A stretch of 64,000 nt of DNA from Candidatus Latescibacterota bacterium (GCA_965248435.1 OZ252100.1:2112001-2176000), one strand, 5' to 3'; shown: positions 45,801-56,865, counted from the first letter of the stretch. Translations and numbers: made by a program. Notes: generated from the letters alone by a model not told the origin.

Positions 45801-46040
45801 CGCCATCGGTCTTCCGATGAGTTCGTCATTTTGATGGGGTGAGGTATTCTGGGGAGTGGAAACCAAGACAAAGAGCCCGGAAGGATCCAGACCCGTAGCG
45901 AAGGCCTGCATCGGGATGCGAACGTATGAGACCAGTCCAACCACCAGCACGGCCACGAGGCACATCGTGACCGTGACTGGGCGCGTCACAGAGATGCGGG
46001 GCAGTAGCGACCCGCTCTCTTTCGGATTGCTATTTGGCAT
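42852..46040 (-). CDS. RND permease paralog 1 of tandem array
   Basis: LLPRISVTRPVTVTMC, GMVVDNA, RFRPILMT motifs; ends PEPAD. Confidence 0.92.
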   Translation of the reverse strand: MPNSNPKESGSLLPRISVTRPVTVTMCLVAVLVVGLVSYVRIPMQAFATGLDPSGLFVLVSTPQNTSPHQNDELIGRPMAEHFRTLKGLRDFEVASDKGRTYSYLPFQKGTDMSEAYNRLVERIELLKTVLPERYRDNVRVFKFNPDTDREIISVGVSLPDRVTDPYYAVESQVQHRLERIDGVAQVRIQGASQKEIAIEVDRDRMRARGVDPYGLVEALRADNFEMAGGTVLEGGKKLYVRSLARYRSLEAFWEIPVPARNGTVRLREVADVFYDVPLAQRRQRIDGQPALTLGILRDAGANIVEVCDRVEAELSQIEDGSDFKFETLFSQGDLIRESIRNLRNTGLWGGLFAVLVLFFFLRSFRTTALIALAIPVSVMIAVTMMYFLGWSMNLLTMMGLMVAIGMVVDNATVIVENVFRMRQKGARAHEASIRGASEVGLAISMATLTTVVVFLPLMVMSGDVDLSFFLSKIGVPIVAALVGSLLVALIFIPMAAKRFGGPVVKKEPRAIRWTRRAYAGALGWSLTHRKDTTLILLGLFATAFYPMDRVRKSDALQGVVNTVYVRSTAPKFLTWEELSEVGAEVEEYLDSKRETYGIRTVRFRYQRRGLRRLFYYLYLNKEENHAWWDPIYRGLRSKIGFPLESPVNRNDLIQDMMSTFPRHVGHDVLIEAGSLGGQFETREYLHIRLLGDDLETLERLRGEIEMRMRGIPAITGIDSDEERGDDEIQVRIDRERAHRYEVSPRVVASSIAYQLLGAELPLYRSGNGEFDVRLYLGNMDIQTVQQLKGFTFQSRSGEEIPLSAIASLRVVEGDQRIKRKNGKLQSSLKMYTRMKDLRRLFGQIDLAMDGFNMPRGYSWNKGERFQQYIESEETMKFAVMMAVVCVFLLMGVLFESLILPFSVLLCIPFAFLGVYWTLFLTDTVMDRMAQVGIIVLIGLVVNNAIVLIDRVNQLRAEGHGRMEAILEAGANRFRPILMTTFTTVFGLLPMALSSSTLMGVPYSSMGRAMIGGLLCSTFLTLFVVPLFYTYLDDLRGHLRRIVATAFSRPAVISYPGPEPAD

Positions 46041-46105
46041 GCGTATCATTTACCTGTAGAGACGTCCCGGCGGGGCGTCTCACCCCGGTGGGCCGTTTCT
46101 ACACA

Positions 46106-49100
46106 TCAATCCGCCGGCTCAGGGCCGGGATAGGAGATCGCCCCGGGACGCGAAAAGGCCGTCGTCACGATCCTGCGAAGGTGGCCCCGCAGGTCGTCTA
46201 GATAGGTATAGAAGAGCGGCACCACGAACAGCGTTAGAAACGTCGCGCAGAGCAGTCCGCCCATCATCACCCTTCCCATCGAGGAGTAGGGGACACCCAT
46301 CAGCGTGCTTGAAGCGACCGACATCGGCAGCAGGCCGAAGACTGTCGTAAAGGTCGTCATCAGGATCGGCCTGAAACGGTTAGCACCCGCCTCGCGGATC
46401 GCCTCGCCCCTGTCCATGCCCTCCGCCCGCAGGCGGTTGACCATGTCGACGAGCACGATCGCGTTGTTGACAACGACGCCGATCAGCACGATGATCCCTA
46501 CTTGAGCCATCCGGTCCATCACCGTATCCGTCAGGAAGAGCGTCCAGTAGACGCCGAGGAAGGCGAACGGAATGCAGAAGAGGACGGAGAACGGCAGGAT
46601 CAGTGATTCGAAGAGCACGCCCATCAGGAGGAACACACAGGTAATGGCCAGGATGACCGCGAACCGCATCGTCTCCTCCGATTCCTTGAACCTTTCGTAC
46701 CGCTCCCCTTTGTCCCAACTGTAACCGTGCGGCATTTCGAACCCTTCCATCGCCCGATCGATCTCTTCGTAGAAGCGCTTCAGGTCCTCCTTGGTTGTGT
46801 ACATCTTCAGCAGCAGTCGAATCTTCCCGTTCCTCCTTCTGAGGGTCAGGTCTCCCTTCGTCACCTTGAACGACGCAAAGGCAGACAGAGGCACCTCCCT
46901 GCCCGATTCAGACGGAAACGTGAATCCCTTGAGCTGCTTCAGCGTCTGTCGATCCAGCCTCCCCAGGTAGAGCCGAACGTCCACCTCGTGGGCCTCCGAT
47001 CGGTAGCGAGGCAGGTCGACGCCGCCGAGCTGGTAACCAAGGCTCCGCCCCACCACGCGGGGCGAAACGCCGTACTCTCGCGCCCTTACTCGATCGATGA
47101 TTACGTGGACCTCGTCGTCCCCACGCTCCACGTCGCTCGTGATGCCGGTGATCGAGGGGATGCCCTGCATCCGCAGTTCCACTTCACTTCGCAGCTCTGC
47201 CAATGTTTCGAGGTCATCTCCCCACAGGTTGATGTGTGTGTAGGGATCTCCCACGCTGCCTGAGGCAATCGTGTAGTCGATGCCCACGAATTCAGGGAAT
47301 TGCTTGTTCAAATCCTCTATCACCGTCCGCCTGTCCATGCGACTGTCCAATGGGTGCCCGATCATCTCCGCGAGGCCCCGGTAGACCTGATACCACCAGG
47401 CGCGATTGGGCGATTCCTCCAGGTGGAGACGGAAGCGCAGGCGCCCTTTTGAGCTGCGGTTGTAGCGGAATTGCACGTTCCGGATGCCGTAGATCTCCTT
47501 CTTGCTCTCCAGGAACGCCTCGACCTCGGACCCGATGTCGCTCAATTCCTCCCACGACAGGAACTTAGGTGGGTATCCATAGATATAAACCGTGTTGACA
47601 ACACCTCGAAGGGAGTCAGACCGCTTTACATTCTGAACGGGGTAGAACACGGTCAGGAACAGGGCCAGTACGAGGAGGGTGGTGTCCTTTCGGTGGTTCA
47701 GACTCCAATTCAGGGCCCTCGAATACCCGCTTCGTGCCCTCCGGAGGAGACCCGGCTCAAGCTTGACCAGAGATCCACCGAACCGGTTGGCGGCCAGAGG
47801 GATGAAGAGCAGGGCAACGAGGAGAGAGCCGAGAAGGGCGGCCACGATCGGCACACCGATCCTTGCCAGAAAGAAGGAGAGATCGACGTCTCCGCTCATC
47901 ACCATGAGCGGCAAAAAGACCACGACCGTCGTCAGTGTCGCCATCGTGATTGCGAGTCCCACCTCGGTCGCGCCACGCGCCGAGGATTCGTGAGGATCCT
48001 TCCCCCTATCCCGCATTCGGTAAATGTTCTCCACGACGACGATCGCGTTGTCCACGACCATGCCGATCGCGACCATCAGCCCCATCATCGTCAGCAGGTT
48101 CAACGACCAGTCCATGAAATAGAGCGCTGTTACCGCAACCATCACGGAGACCGGAATGGCCAGGGTGATCAGCGCCGTCATCTGCAGGGCGCGCAGGAAG
48201 AACACCAGGACAAGCGCCGCGAAGAGGCCGCCCCAGAGCCCCGTATCCCTCAGGTTTTCAATCGACTCCCGGATCAGTTTTCCCTGGCTGTAGAAGGTGT
48301 TGAATCTGAAATCGGTCTCCGCCTCGATCTGCCTCAATTCGGCCTCGACCCGGTCGCATACATCCACGATATTGGCCCCCGACTCCCGGAATATTCCGAA
48401 CGACAGACTGGGCCTCCCGTCGAGTCGGTAGCGGGAGATGCGTTGTGGCAGATCGTAGAACAGCTTCGCGACCTCACCCAGACGCACCGGACCGCTGCGA
48501 CCGTGGACCAGAATCTGCTCGAACGCTTCCAGGCTCTCGTAGCGGGCCATCGACCGAACAAACAGCCGCTTCTCTCCCTCGAGAACGCTTCCGCCGGCCA
48601 TCTCGAAATTGTCCGCACGGAGGGCCTGCACGAGGTCATAGGAACTGACCCCCCGCATCTGCATACGCTCCCGGTCCACCTCCACGACAAGCACCTTTTG
48701 ACTTGCGCCCCAGATGTACGCCTGTGCCACGCCGTCGATCCGCTCCAACCGGGGCTGCACCAGGAACTGCGCAGCAGCATACCGGTCCTTGACGTGCGGA
48801 GGGACGGTCACCCCCACCCAGAGCACCTCCTCGTCCGAGTCGGGATTGTGCTTCCAGATCCGGATGTCATCCCTGTACCTCTCGGGCAGGACCGCCTTTA
48901 GACGTTCCAGCCGGTCGACCAGCCTGTTGTAGACGAGCGACATGTCCAGCCCTTTTCTGAAATCCAACCTTGCGTAGGTCCGCCAGGTGTCGCTCGTCAC
49001 CCAGAACTCCCGCAATCCCTTCAGCGTTCGCAGATGGGCGACCATGGGTTGACCGATCAGCTCGTCCTTTTCCTGTGGAGAAGTGTTCGGCTCGGTATAG

Positions 49101-49276
49101 ATGTTGACCCAGATCCTCGTCCCTTCCAGGCCGGTCGCGAACGCCTTCATCGGGATCCGCACATACGACACCACGCCGATCGCCAGCAGGGCCACCAGGC
49201 ACATCGTCACCGTGACCGGGCGGGTCACAGAGATGCGCGGCAGAAGAGAGCTTCTATGTTCTTTCTCTTTATTCAT
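46106..49276 (-). CDS. RND permease paralog 2
   Basis: Same motifs; ends PEPAD. Confidence 0.92.
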   Translation of the reverse strand: MNKEKEHRSSLLPRISVTRPVTVTMCLVALLAIGVVSYVRIPMKAFATGLEGTRIWVNIYTEPNTSPQEKDELIGQPMVAHLRTLKGLREFWVTSDTWRTYARLDFRKGLDMSLVYNRLVDRLERLKAVLPERYRDDIRIWKHNPDSDEEVLWVGVTVPPHVKDRYAAAQFLVQPRLERIDGVAQAYIWGASQKVLVVEVDRERMQMRGVSSYDLVQALRADNFEMAGGSVLEGEKRLFVRSMARYESLEAFEQILVHGRSGPVRLGEVAKLFYDLPQRISRYRLDGRPSLSFGIFRESGANIVDVCDRVEAELRQIEAETDFRFNTFYSQGKLIRESIENLRDTGLWGGLFAALVLVFFLRALQMTALITLAIPVSVMVAVTALYFMDWSLNLLTMMGLMVAIGMVVDNAIVVVENIYRMRDRGKDPHESSARGATEVGLAITMATLTTVVVFLPLMVMSGDVDLSFFLARIGVPIVAALLGSLLVALLFIPLAANRFGGSLVKLEPGLLRRARSGYSRALNWSLNHRKDTTLLVLALFLTVFYPVQNVKRSDSLRGVVNTVYIYGYPPKFLSWEELSDIGSEVEAFLESKKEIYGIRNVQFRYNRSSKGRLRFRLHLEESPNRAWWYQVYRGLAEMIGHPLDSRMDRRTVIEDLNKQFPEFVGIDYTIASGSVGDPYTHINLWGDDLETLAELRSEVELRMQGIPSITGITSDVERGDDEVHVIIDRVRAREYGVSPRVVGRSLGYQLGGVDLPRYRSEAHEVDVRLYLGRLDRQTLKQLKGFTFPSESGREVPLSAFASFKVTKGDLTLRRRNGKIRLLLKMYTTKEDLKRFYEEIDRAMEGFEMPHGYSWDKGERYERFKESEETMRFAVILAITCVFLLMGVLFESLILPFSVLFCIPFAFLGVYWTLFLTDTVMDRMAQVGIIVLIGVVVNNAIVLVDMVNRLRAEGMDRGEAIREAGANRFRPILMTTFTTVFGLLPMSVASSTLMGVPYSSMGRVMMGGLLCATFLTLFVVPLFYTYLDDLRGHLRRIVTTAFSRPGAISYPGPEPAD

Positions 49277-49296
49277 CGCCCTTGATTATTTGATAT

Positions 49297-50351
49297 CCCG
49301 AGTTCAATAAGGAAGTGCAACACTTAGGGTAGCAACTGTCCTATCCTAAGTGTATGGGAAACAATTACAAGCATCTTACGATAGACGAACGCGAGCAGAT
49401 TGCGCTTTGTCGAGCCACTGGTGCAAGCCTTAGAGATATTGCCAAGGCCCTTGACCGGAGCGCCAGCACGATTTCAAGAGAGTTGAAACGTAATCCGTCC
49501 CCGATAGCTGAGAGTTACTCGGGCCTCCAGGCTCACAGAAGGGCTGAGAAACGTAAGCGGGAGGCCGGCAAGCGGAAACGGCTGAAGAATCCGGTTATCC
49601 GGCGATATGTCGAGACCAAACTCAAGCAAGGATGGTCTCCCGAGTTGATCGCTGGGAGGCTTCCCGAGGAGCGTCCGAGCGCGGGTATCAGCCACGAAGC
49701 CATCTACCAGTATATCTACGATCCAAAGGTGCACAAGCAGCGGGATCTGGTTGCTTGCTTATCCCGAGCTCACAAAAAACGAAAGCCGCGGTGGCATACC
49801 CGAAAACACCGGGAAAGCCACATTCCAGGCCGTATTTCGATCGATCGACGTCCCCGTTACATCGAAAAACGGAAACAACCTGGCCACTGGGAATCCGACA
49901 CCATCATCTCTCGTGAGAGCAAACAGGCCGTTGGCGCTTGTCTTGAGCGATCGTCGAGATACCTACACCTGGCTAAGCTGGCAAAGAACGGACCCTCGGA
50001 GGTCGCCGAAGCGATTAATCGACGCCTTGGGCGACATCCTCCCCACATGAGGAAGAGCATCACATATGACAACGGATCCGAAAACGGCCAACATCAACGG
50101 GTCAACGAGGTGCTTGGCACCAAATCCTATTTCTGCAAACCGTTCCACAGCTGGGAGCGAGGCGCTGTGGAAAACGCTATCGGTCTGGTCCGCAGATACC
50201 TCCCCAAGAAGACAGACTTCTCAAAGGTCAGCAAACACGAGTTAAAGAAAATTCAGAACCGGATCAACAACCGACCAAGAAAATGTCTTAACTTCAAAAC
50301 ACCAGCTGAAGTCTTCAAGTCCAAGTGTTGCACTTAGTCATTGAATCCAGC
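49297..50351 (+). mobile_element. IS30-family insertion sequence
   Basis: IRs TTCAATAAGGAAGTGCAACACTT / AAGTGTTGCACTTAGTCATTGAA with flanking TAT direct repeat. Confidence 0.9.
49354..50337 (+). CDS. IS30 transposase
   Basis: YKHLT..ER, STISRELKRN, WSPELI, GHWESDT, YDNGSE, WERGAVEN motifs. Confidence 0.95.
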   Translation: MGNNYKHLTIDEREQIALCRATGASLRDIAKALDRSASTISRELKRNPSPIAESYSGLQAHRRAEKRKREAGKRKRLKNPVIRRYVETKLKQGWSPELIAGRLPEERPSAGISHEAIYQYIYDPKVHKQRDLVACLSRAHKKRKPRWHTRKHRESHIPGRISIDRRPRYIEKRKQPGHWESDTIISRESKQAVGACLERSSRYLHLAKLAKNGPSEVAEAINRRLGRHPPHMRKSITYDNGSENGQHQRVNEVLGTKSYFCKPFHSWERGAVENAIGLVRRYLPKKTDFSKVSKHELKKIQNRINNRPRKCLNFKTPAEVFKSKCCT

Positions 50352-50370
50352 TATTGGATATTGCTTCAAG

Positions 50371-50441
50371 GCCCTCACCACCGGCCCCTCTCCCATATAT
50401 GGGAGAGGGATGCCGAGCGAAGCGAGGCAGGGTGAGGGCCC
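50371..50441. repeat. REP-like palindromic element CCCTCACC..CCCTCTCCC..GGGAGAGGG..GGGTGAGGG
   Basis: Nested inverted repeats at the 3' end of RND paralog 3. Confidence 0.55.
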
Positions 50442-50447
50442 CTCCTT

Positions 50448-53400
50448 TCAATCAGCCGGCTCGGGGCTCCTGAAGGAGACCGTTTCGGCTCGAGAAAAGG
50501 CCGAAGACACGATCCGCCGCAATGCCACGCGTAGATCGTCCAGGTAAGTATAGAAGACCGGCACCACGAACAGCGTCAGGAACGTCGCGCAGAGCAGACC
50601 CCCAATCATCGCTCGCCCCATCGAGGAATATGGGACGCCCATCAACGTGCTGGAGCTGAGGGACAGCGGCACCAGCCCGAAGATCGTCGTGAAGCTGGTC
50701 ATCAAAATCGGTCGGAAGCGGTTGGTCCCCGCCTCCAGGATCGCCACCAGCCTGCCCTTGCCCCCGGCCCTAAGTCGGTTCACCCGATCCACGAGCACGA
50801 TCGCGTTGTTCACTACCACTCCAATCAGCACGACGATACCAACCTGCGCCATGCGGTCCATCACCGTATCGGTCAGGTAGAGCGTCCAGTAGACCCCAAG
50901 GAAGGCGAATGGAATGCAGAGGAGGACCGAAAACGGCAGGATCAGGGATTCGAACAGTATGCCCATCAGCAGGAAAACGAAAGTAATCGCCAACACGATC
51001 GCGAACACCATGGTCTCCTCTGATTCCTTAAACTTGGCATACCGTTCTCCTTTGTCCCACCGGTAGCCGGGCGGAACCTCGAACCCTTCCATCACGCCGT
51101 CCATGTCTGCATACAACCCTGCCAGGTCGGCCCTCGTCGTAAAAATCTTCAACCGCAGTCTAATCTTCCCGTCCCCACGATAGATGCTCCCCAAGCCTGG
51201 AGCGACCTCAAGAGAGGCGAATGCAGACAAGGGGATTTGCTCACCCGACTTTGAAGTAAAGGTGAAGTTCTTAAGCTGATGCAAAGTTTGGCGATCAAAG
51301 CGGCTCATGAAAAGCCTTACATCGATCTCCCGCTCATCGGACCGGTAGCGCGGAAGATTGACGCCACCCAACTGGTAGGCAATGCTCCTTGCCACGAACT
51401 GTGAGGAGATCCCATATTTCTGTGCCTTTTCTCGTTTGATGTGCACTTGGATCTCGTTGTCCCCTCTTTGCAGATCACTGATCATCCCAACGACCGAGGG
51501 AAGCTTCTCTGCACGTCGCTCTACTTCTTCAAGCATTTCTGTAAGCGTCTCGAGATCATCTCCCCAAAGGGTGAAGTATACAAATGGGTTCGACCTCCCT
51601 CCCGACTCGATCTCCAATTCGTGGCCCACAAACCGGGGTATGTTCATCCTCATGTCCTTGATCACGGCCGTTCGATCCATCCGACCGTCTACCGGGTACC
51701 CGACCGCTCTTCTCACATTCTTGTAAACCTGATACCACCAGGTTTGGTTTGGTTCTTCCTCCAGGAAAACCTGAAAGAAGAGGCGGTACTTACCAGCTGT
51801 CCGATAGCGAAACTGAACGGTCAGAATGCCATAGATCTCCTTCTTGCCTTCAAGGAACGCCTCGACGTCTGCCCCGAGGTTGCTAATCTCCTCCCTCGTG
51901 AAGAAGGGTGGCGGTCTCATCTTGATCCGGATGTCGTTGACGATCCCGTGCATCGAATCCGATCTCTTGATTTTCTCCATCGGATAAGCCATCGTGGCAA
52001 CCAGCGCCAGCACGATCAAAACCACATCCTTCCGATGAGTAAGTGCCCAGGCCAGTCCCCTTTCGTATTGCTTTCTTGCCCGACGGATGGAACTCGGCTC
52101 CTGTTTCAACGTGTTGCTACCGAATGTCCTTGCGGCAAGGGGAATGAACAACAGGGCCAAGAGGAGAGATCCAAGCAGGGCCGCGATGACCGGTACCCCG
52201 ATCTTAGAAAGGAAAAACGAAAGGTCAACTTCGCTGCCCATCAGCATGAGCGGGAGGAACACCACAATCGTCGTCAGCGTCGCTATGGTGATCGCCAGCC
52301 CGACTTCGCTCGCGCCGTGAATCGACGCTTCGCGCGGATTCTCCTCTTTGACCCTCATTCGATAGATATTCTCTACGACCACGATCGCGTTGTCCACGAC
52401 CATCCCGATTGCGACCATCAGCCCCATCATTGTCAAGAGATTCAGCGTCCAGCCCATGAAATAGAGGGCTCCAACCGCGATCATCATGCAAAACGGGATG
52501 GCCAGGGTGATCAGTGCTGTCATCCGCACGGCACGCAGGAAGAATAGCAGCACCAGGGCAGCGAAAAGACCACCCCAGAGACCTGTGTCTTCCAGGTTTT
52601 TGACCGACTCACGGATGAGGTTCCCCTGGTCAAGGTAGGTCTTGAATTTGATATCGGTCTCAGCCTCAATGCGCCTCAGCTCCGTCTCGATGCGCCGGCA
52701 AAGCTCCACGATGTTGGTACGCGGCTCCCGGAAAATCCCGAGCGCGACCCCCGACTGGCCGTCCGTTCGGAGAGTCCAGTAGGTATAAGGTGCGTCATAA
52801 AACACATCGGCGACTTCATTTACCCTTACCGTGCCTTTGTGGTTCAGGATTGGAATGGCTCCGAATTCTCCCAGGCTTCCGTACCGAGCGAGCGAGCGCA
52901 CGTAGAGTTTCTTTCCTCCCTCGTGCACGGTGCCTCCGCCCATCTCAAAGTTGTCTCTCCGGAGCGCCTGAACAAGCTCGTATGCGCCTACGCCTCGCGT
53001 TCGGAGACGCTCCTGGTCGACCACGATCACGACTTCCCTTTCGTTGGCCCCCCATACGCTGACACCAGAGACGCCGTCTAGCCGCTCCAATCGCCCAAGG
53101 ACATGCGTCTTCATATAATCGTGACGATCTTCGACGTGAGCCGGCAGGGAGACGCCCGTCCAGATGATCTCCGTATCGGAGTCCGGGTTGTGTTTGATAA
53201 TTGAGATGTCGTCCCTAACTTCCTCGGGCAGTGCAGGTTTTAACCGCTCCAATGCCTCGACCACGCGGCCATAGGCCAGGGCCATGTCGGCGTCCGTCTT
53301 GAAGTCGAGCGTCGTGAAAACGCCCCAGGTCGAGCAATTCGTCCAAATTCTTTGTATCCCCTTGACGGTCTGCAGGTATGCGACCTTGGGTCGCGCGATC

Positions 53401-53621
53401 TGCTGATCCTTTTCCTTCGTGGGTGTATTCCGCTGAGTGGGGATCCAAACCCAAAGCGTCCTGCCCTCCAGACCGGACGCAAAGGCCTGTATAGGGATCC
53501 GCGTGTATGCCACGGCGCCGACCACCAGCAACGCCACCAGGCACATCGTCACCGTCACTGGGCGAGTCACAGAAATGCGGGGGAGTAATGCCCCCTTGTC
53601 TTTTGTGGATTCGTTGGTCAT
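50448..53621 (-). CDS. RND permease paralog 3
   Basis: Same motifs; ends PEPAD. Confidence 0.92.
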   Translation of the reverse strand: MTNESTKDKGALLPRISVTRPVTVTMCLVALLVVGAVAYTRIPIQAFASGLEGRTLWVWIPTQRNTPTKEKDQQIARPKVAYLQTVKGIQRIWTNCSTWGVFTTLDFKTDADMALAYGRVVEALERLKPALPEEVRDDISIIKHNPDSDTEIIWTGVSLPAHVEDRHDYMKTHVLGRLERLDGVSGVSVWGANEREVVIVVDQERLRTRGVGAYELVQALRRDNFEMGGGTVHEGGKKLYVRSLARYGSLGEFGAIPILNHKGTVRVNEVADVFYDAPYTYWTLRTDGQSGVALGIFREPRTNIVELCRRIETELRRIEAETDIKFKTYLDQGNLIRESVKNLEDTGLWGGLFAALVLLFFLRAVRMTALITLAIPFCMMIAVGALYFMGWTLNLLTMMGLMVAIGMVVDNAIVVVENIYRMRVKEENPREASIHGASEVGLAITIATLTTIVVFLPLMLMGSEVDLSFFLSKIGVPVIAALLGSLLLALLFIPLAARTFGSNTLKQEPSSIRRARKQYERGLAWALTHRKDVVLIVLALVATMAYPMEKIKRSDSMHGIVNDIRIKMRPPPFFTREEISNLGADVEAFLEGKKEIYGILTVQFRYRTAGKYRLFFQVFLEEEPNQTWWYQVYKNVRRAVGYPVDGRMDRTAVIKDMRMNIPRFVGHELEIESGGRSNPFVYFTLWGDDLETLTEMLEEVERRAEKLPSVVGMISDLQRGDNEIQVHIKREKAQKYGISSQFVARSIAYQLGGVNLPRYRSDEREIDVRLFMSRFDRQTLHQLKNFTFTSKSGEQIPLSAFASLEVAPGLGSIYRGDGKIRLRLKIFTTRADLAGLYADMDGVMEGFEVPPGYRWDKGERYAKFKESEETMVFAIVLAITFVFLLMGILFESLILPFSVLLCIPFAFLGVYWTLYLTDTVMDRMAQVGIVVLIGVVVNNAIVLVDRVNRLRAGGKGRLVAILEAGTNRFRPILMTSFTTIFGLVPLSLSSSTLMGVPYSSMGRAMIGGLLCATFLTLFVVPVFYTYLDDLRVALRRIVSSAFSRAETVSFRSPEPAD

Positions 53622-53642
53622 GGCAACTGATAAGGTTCCCAA

Positions 53643-56600
53643 TTAGTCAGCCGGCTCTGGACTCCGGTAGGCAATCGGCCTGGTGCGCGACAGTGCACCT
53701 GACACGATCCGGCGCAGGGCCAAACGCAGATCGTCCAGGTAGGTATAGAAGAGCGGTACGACGAACAGCGTCAGAAATGTCGCGCAGAGCAGTCCGCCGA
53801 TCATCGTCCGGCCCATGGGTGCGTAGGGAATGCCCATCATCGTGCTCGTTCCAAGCGCCATCGGGAGCAGCCCGAACACCGTCGTGAAGGTCGTCATCAG
53901 GATCGGCCGGAACCGGTTGGCGCCCGCTTCCAGAATCGCCTCCGTCCGAGTCCTGCCTTCTGTCCGCAGCCGGTTGACCATGTCGACAAGCACGATCGCG
54001 TTGTTCACGACAACACCGATCAACACGATGATCCCCACCTGGGCCATCTGCCCCATCACCGTACCGGTGAGGTAGAGCATCCAGTAGACACCCAGGAACG
54101 CGAACGGGATGCAGAAGAGAACGGAAAAGGGCAGGAGAAACGACTCGAACAGGACGCCCATTAACAGAAATACGCATGTGATGGCCATCATCACGGCGAA
54201 TCCCATCGTCTCCTCCGATTCCTTGAACTTGGTAAACCGCTCGCCCCGGTCCCACGAATAGCCGTGCGGCAGTTCGAAACCTTCCATCGCGCGACCGATC
54301 TCTTCATACAGGCCTTTCAGGTCGTCTTCCGTCGTAAAAATCTTCAACACCAGCCGGATCTTCCCGTTTGCTCGATAGATTTTCCACGCGCCTTTAGCGA
54401 CTTCGAACGAGGCGAAAGCCGACAGGGGAACCAGCTCACCCGATTTCGAGGGGAAGGTGAAGTTTTTCAGCTGTTCCAAAGTCTGGCGATCCAACTTCCT
54501 CAGATAGAGTCGCACGCCGACTTCCCGCTCGTCGGAACGGTATCGAGGCAGCTTTACGCCACCGAGCTGGTAGGTAATGCTCTTTGCCACGACCTGTGAC
54601 GCAATCCCGTGCTTGCGGGCGAGCCCTCGGTCGATGTGTACCTGCACCTCGTTCTCCCCTCGCTCCATATCGCTCAGAATCCCGACGACCGAAGGGAGGC
54701 TCTCCAGGCGAAGCTCGATCTCATCGAGCAGTTCGGCCCCCATCTCCAGATCATCTCCCCACAGCATGAGGTTTATGTAGGGGTTGCTTCCACCTCCCGA
54801 CTCGACGACGACCTGGTTTCCCACAAACCGTGGCATGTTCTTTCTCAAATCTTCGATCACGGCCTTTCGATCCATCCGGCCGTCGATCGTGGCGCCGGCA
54901 CGGTTTCTCACCTCTCTGTACACCTGATACCACCACGCGCGGTTCTCATCCTCTTCTAAGAAGACGCGAAAGTAGAGACGCGACCCGCCGGTGACCCTGT
55001 AGCGAAGCTGCACGGTCCGTATGCTGTAGACCTCTCTCTTGCTGTCCAGGAAGGCCTCGATTTCAGCCCCGAGATCGCTGATATCCTTTCTGGTGAAAAA
55101 CGGCGGCGTTGCGACCCGGATTCTGATGTCGTTGAGGTTTCCGCGCATCGAATCCGATCGTTTGATCTGCCCCATCGGATAGACCATCGTCGCAGACAGG
55201 AGCAGCACGATCAGAACGGCATCCTTCCGATGGGCAAGCGACCAGGCCAGCCCCCTTCCGTAACCCCTTCGGGCCCAGCCGATTGAACTTTGCTCTCCTT
55301 TCGTCGTGGTACCTCCGAATCGCTTCGCCGCGAGGGGAATGAAGAACATCGCCACGAAGAGAGACGCCAGCAGAGCCACGATGATCGGCATGCCGATCCT
55401 GGAAAGAAAGAAGGAGAGCTCAACTTCGCTGCTCATCAGCATGAGCGGGAGAAACACGACCACGGTCGTCAGCGTCGCAATCGCGATCGCAAGACCAACC
55501 TCGCTCGCGCCGCGGATCGACGCTTCGTGCGGGTCTCCCCCTTTGACGCGCATTCGGTGGATATTTTCTACGACAACGATCGCATTATCGACCACCATCC
55601 CGATCGCTACCATAAGTCCCATCATCGTCAAAAGATTCAGGGTCCAACCCACGAAGTAGAGGGTGGCAACTGCGGTCATCACACAGAACGGGATGGCCAG
55701 TGTGATCAGCGCCGTCATGCGCACACCGCGAAGGAAAAAGAGAAGCACCAGACCCGCGAACAGCCCGCCCACAAACCGGTGTCTCCGAGATTTTCGATGG
55801 ATTCGCTGATGAGCTGACCCTGGTCGAAGTAGGTCCTGAATTTGACGTCGGTCCGGGCCTCGATCCGCCTCAACTCCGTCTCTACTTTCCGAGAAACTAG
55901 ATGTTCGTGCCCGGCTCTCGATGGACCCCAAGCCCGACGCCCGACCGGCCGTCCATCCTGAGGTTCCAGTAAGTGAAAGGCACGTCATAAAACACATTAG
56001 CGACTTCCTCTACCCTTACCGTGCCCTTCCGGTTTCGAATCGGGATACGCTCGAACTCGTCCAGGCTGCCGTACCGGGCCACAGATCTCACGTAGAACTT
56101 CTTGCCCCCTTCGTGCACGGCACCGCCGCCCATCTCGAAGTTGTCCTCCCGCAGGGTTTGCACGAGATCGTAAGCACCCACACCTCGTGTCTGAAGCCGC
56201 TCCTGGTCGAGCTCGACCACGACTTCCTTCTCAGGGGCCCCCCAGATCCGAACACCAGCGACCCCATCGATCCGCTCCAAGGAACGCTGGACGTTCGTCT
56301 GAACGAATGCGTGAGGGTGTTCGACCTCATCTGGAATCGAAACCCCGATCCAGAGGATGTTTTCGTCCGTGTCTTTGTTGTACTTCCAGATTCCGACGTT
56401 GTCGCGGGTTTCCCGAGGCAGCACAAGTTTCAAGCGCTCCACCGCGTCCACAACCTGGTTATAGGCAATGGTCATGTCCACGTCGTTCCGAAATTCAAGG
56501 CGCGCGTTCGCACCCCAGATTCCACAGCTCGACCACAGCAGCCGCAACCCTTTTACCGTCTGCAAGTGCTCGACCATAGGCTGCGAGATCTGCTCGTCAT

Positions 56601-56811
56601 TCTCTCTCGGGGAGCTGTTCTCCTGCGAACCCGCCCACACCCAGAGCTGCTTCCGCTCTAGCCCGGAGGGGAACGCCTCCATCTGAATTCGAGTCAGCGC
56701 CACGATGCCCACCACAAGCAGCGCCGCGAGACACATCGTCACCGTCACGGGGCGGCTCACTGAAATGCGCGGCAGAAGAGAGCCTCTATGTTCTTTGACT
56801 TGCTTATTCAT
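53643..56811 (-). pseudogene. RND permease paralog 4, frameshifted
   Basis: Compared with paralog 3, about 4 nt are missing near 55895 (creating TAG) and 1 nt near 55770. The gene is split into ORFs 55897-56811 and 53643-55997. Confidence 0.85.
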
Positions 56812-56865
56812 TTGTGAGTGATGCAGATAGAATTCATTGCGTTATAGATAGAGTTATTTTGGTCC

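Noticed and set aside
35668-48901. Long plus-strand ORFs (35668-37047, 40989-42329, 47471-48901; also 6339-7466)
   Set aside because: They are antisense shadows of well-supported genes in GC-rich DNA and have no recognisable motifs.
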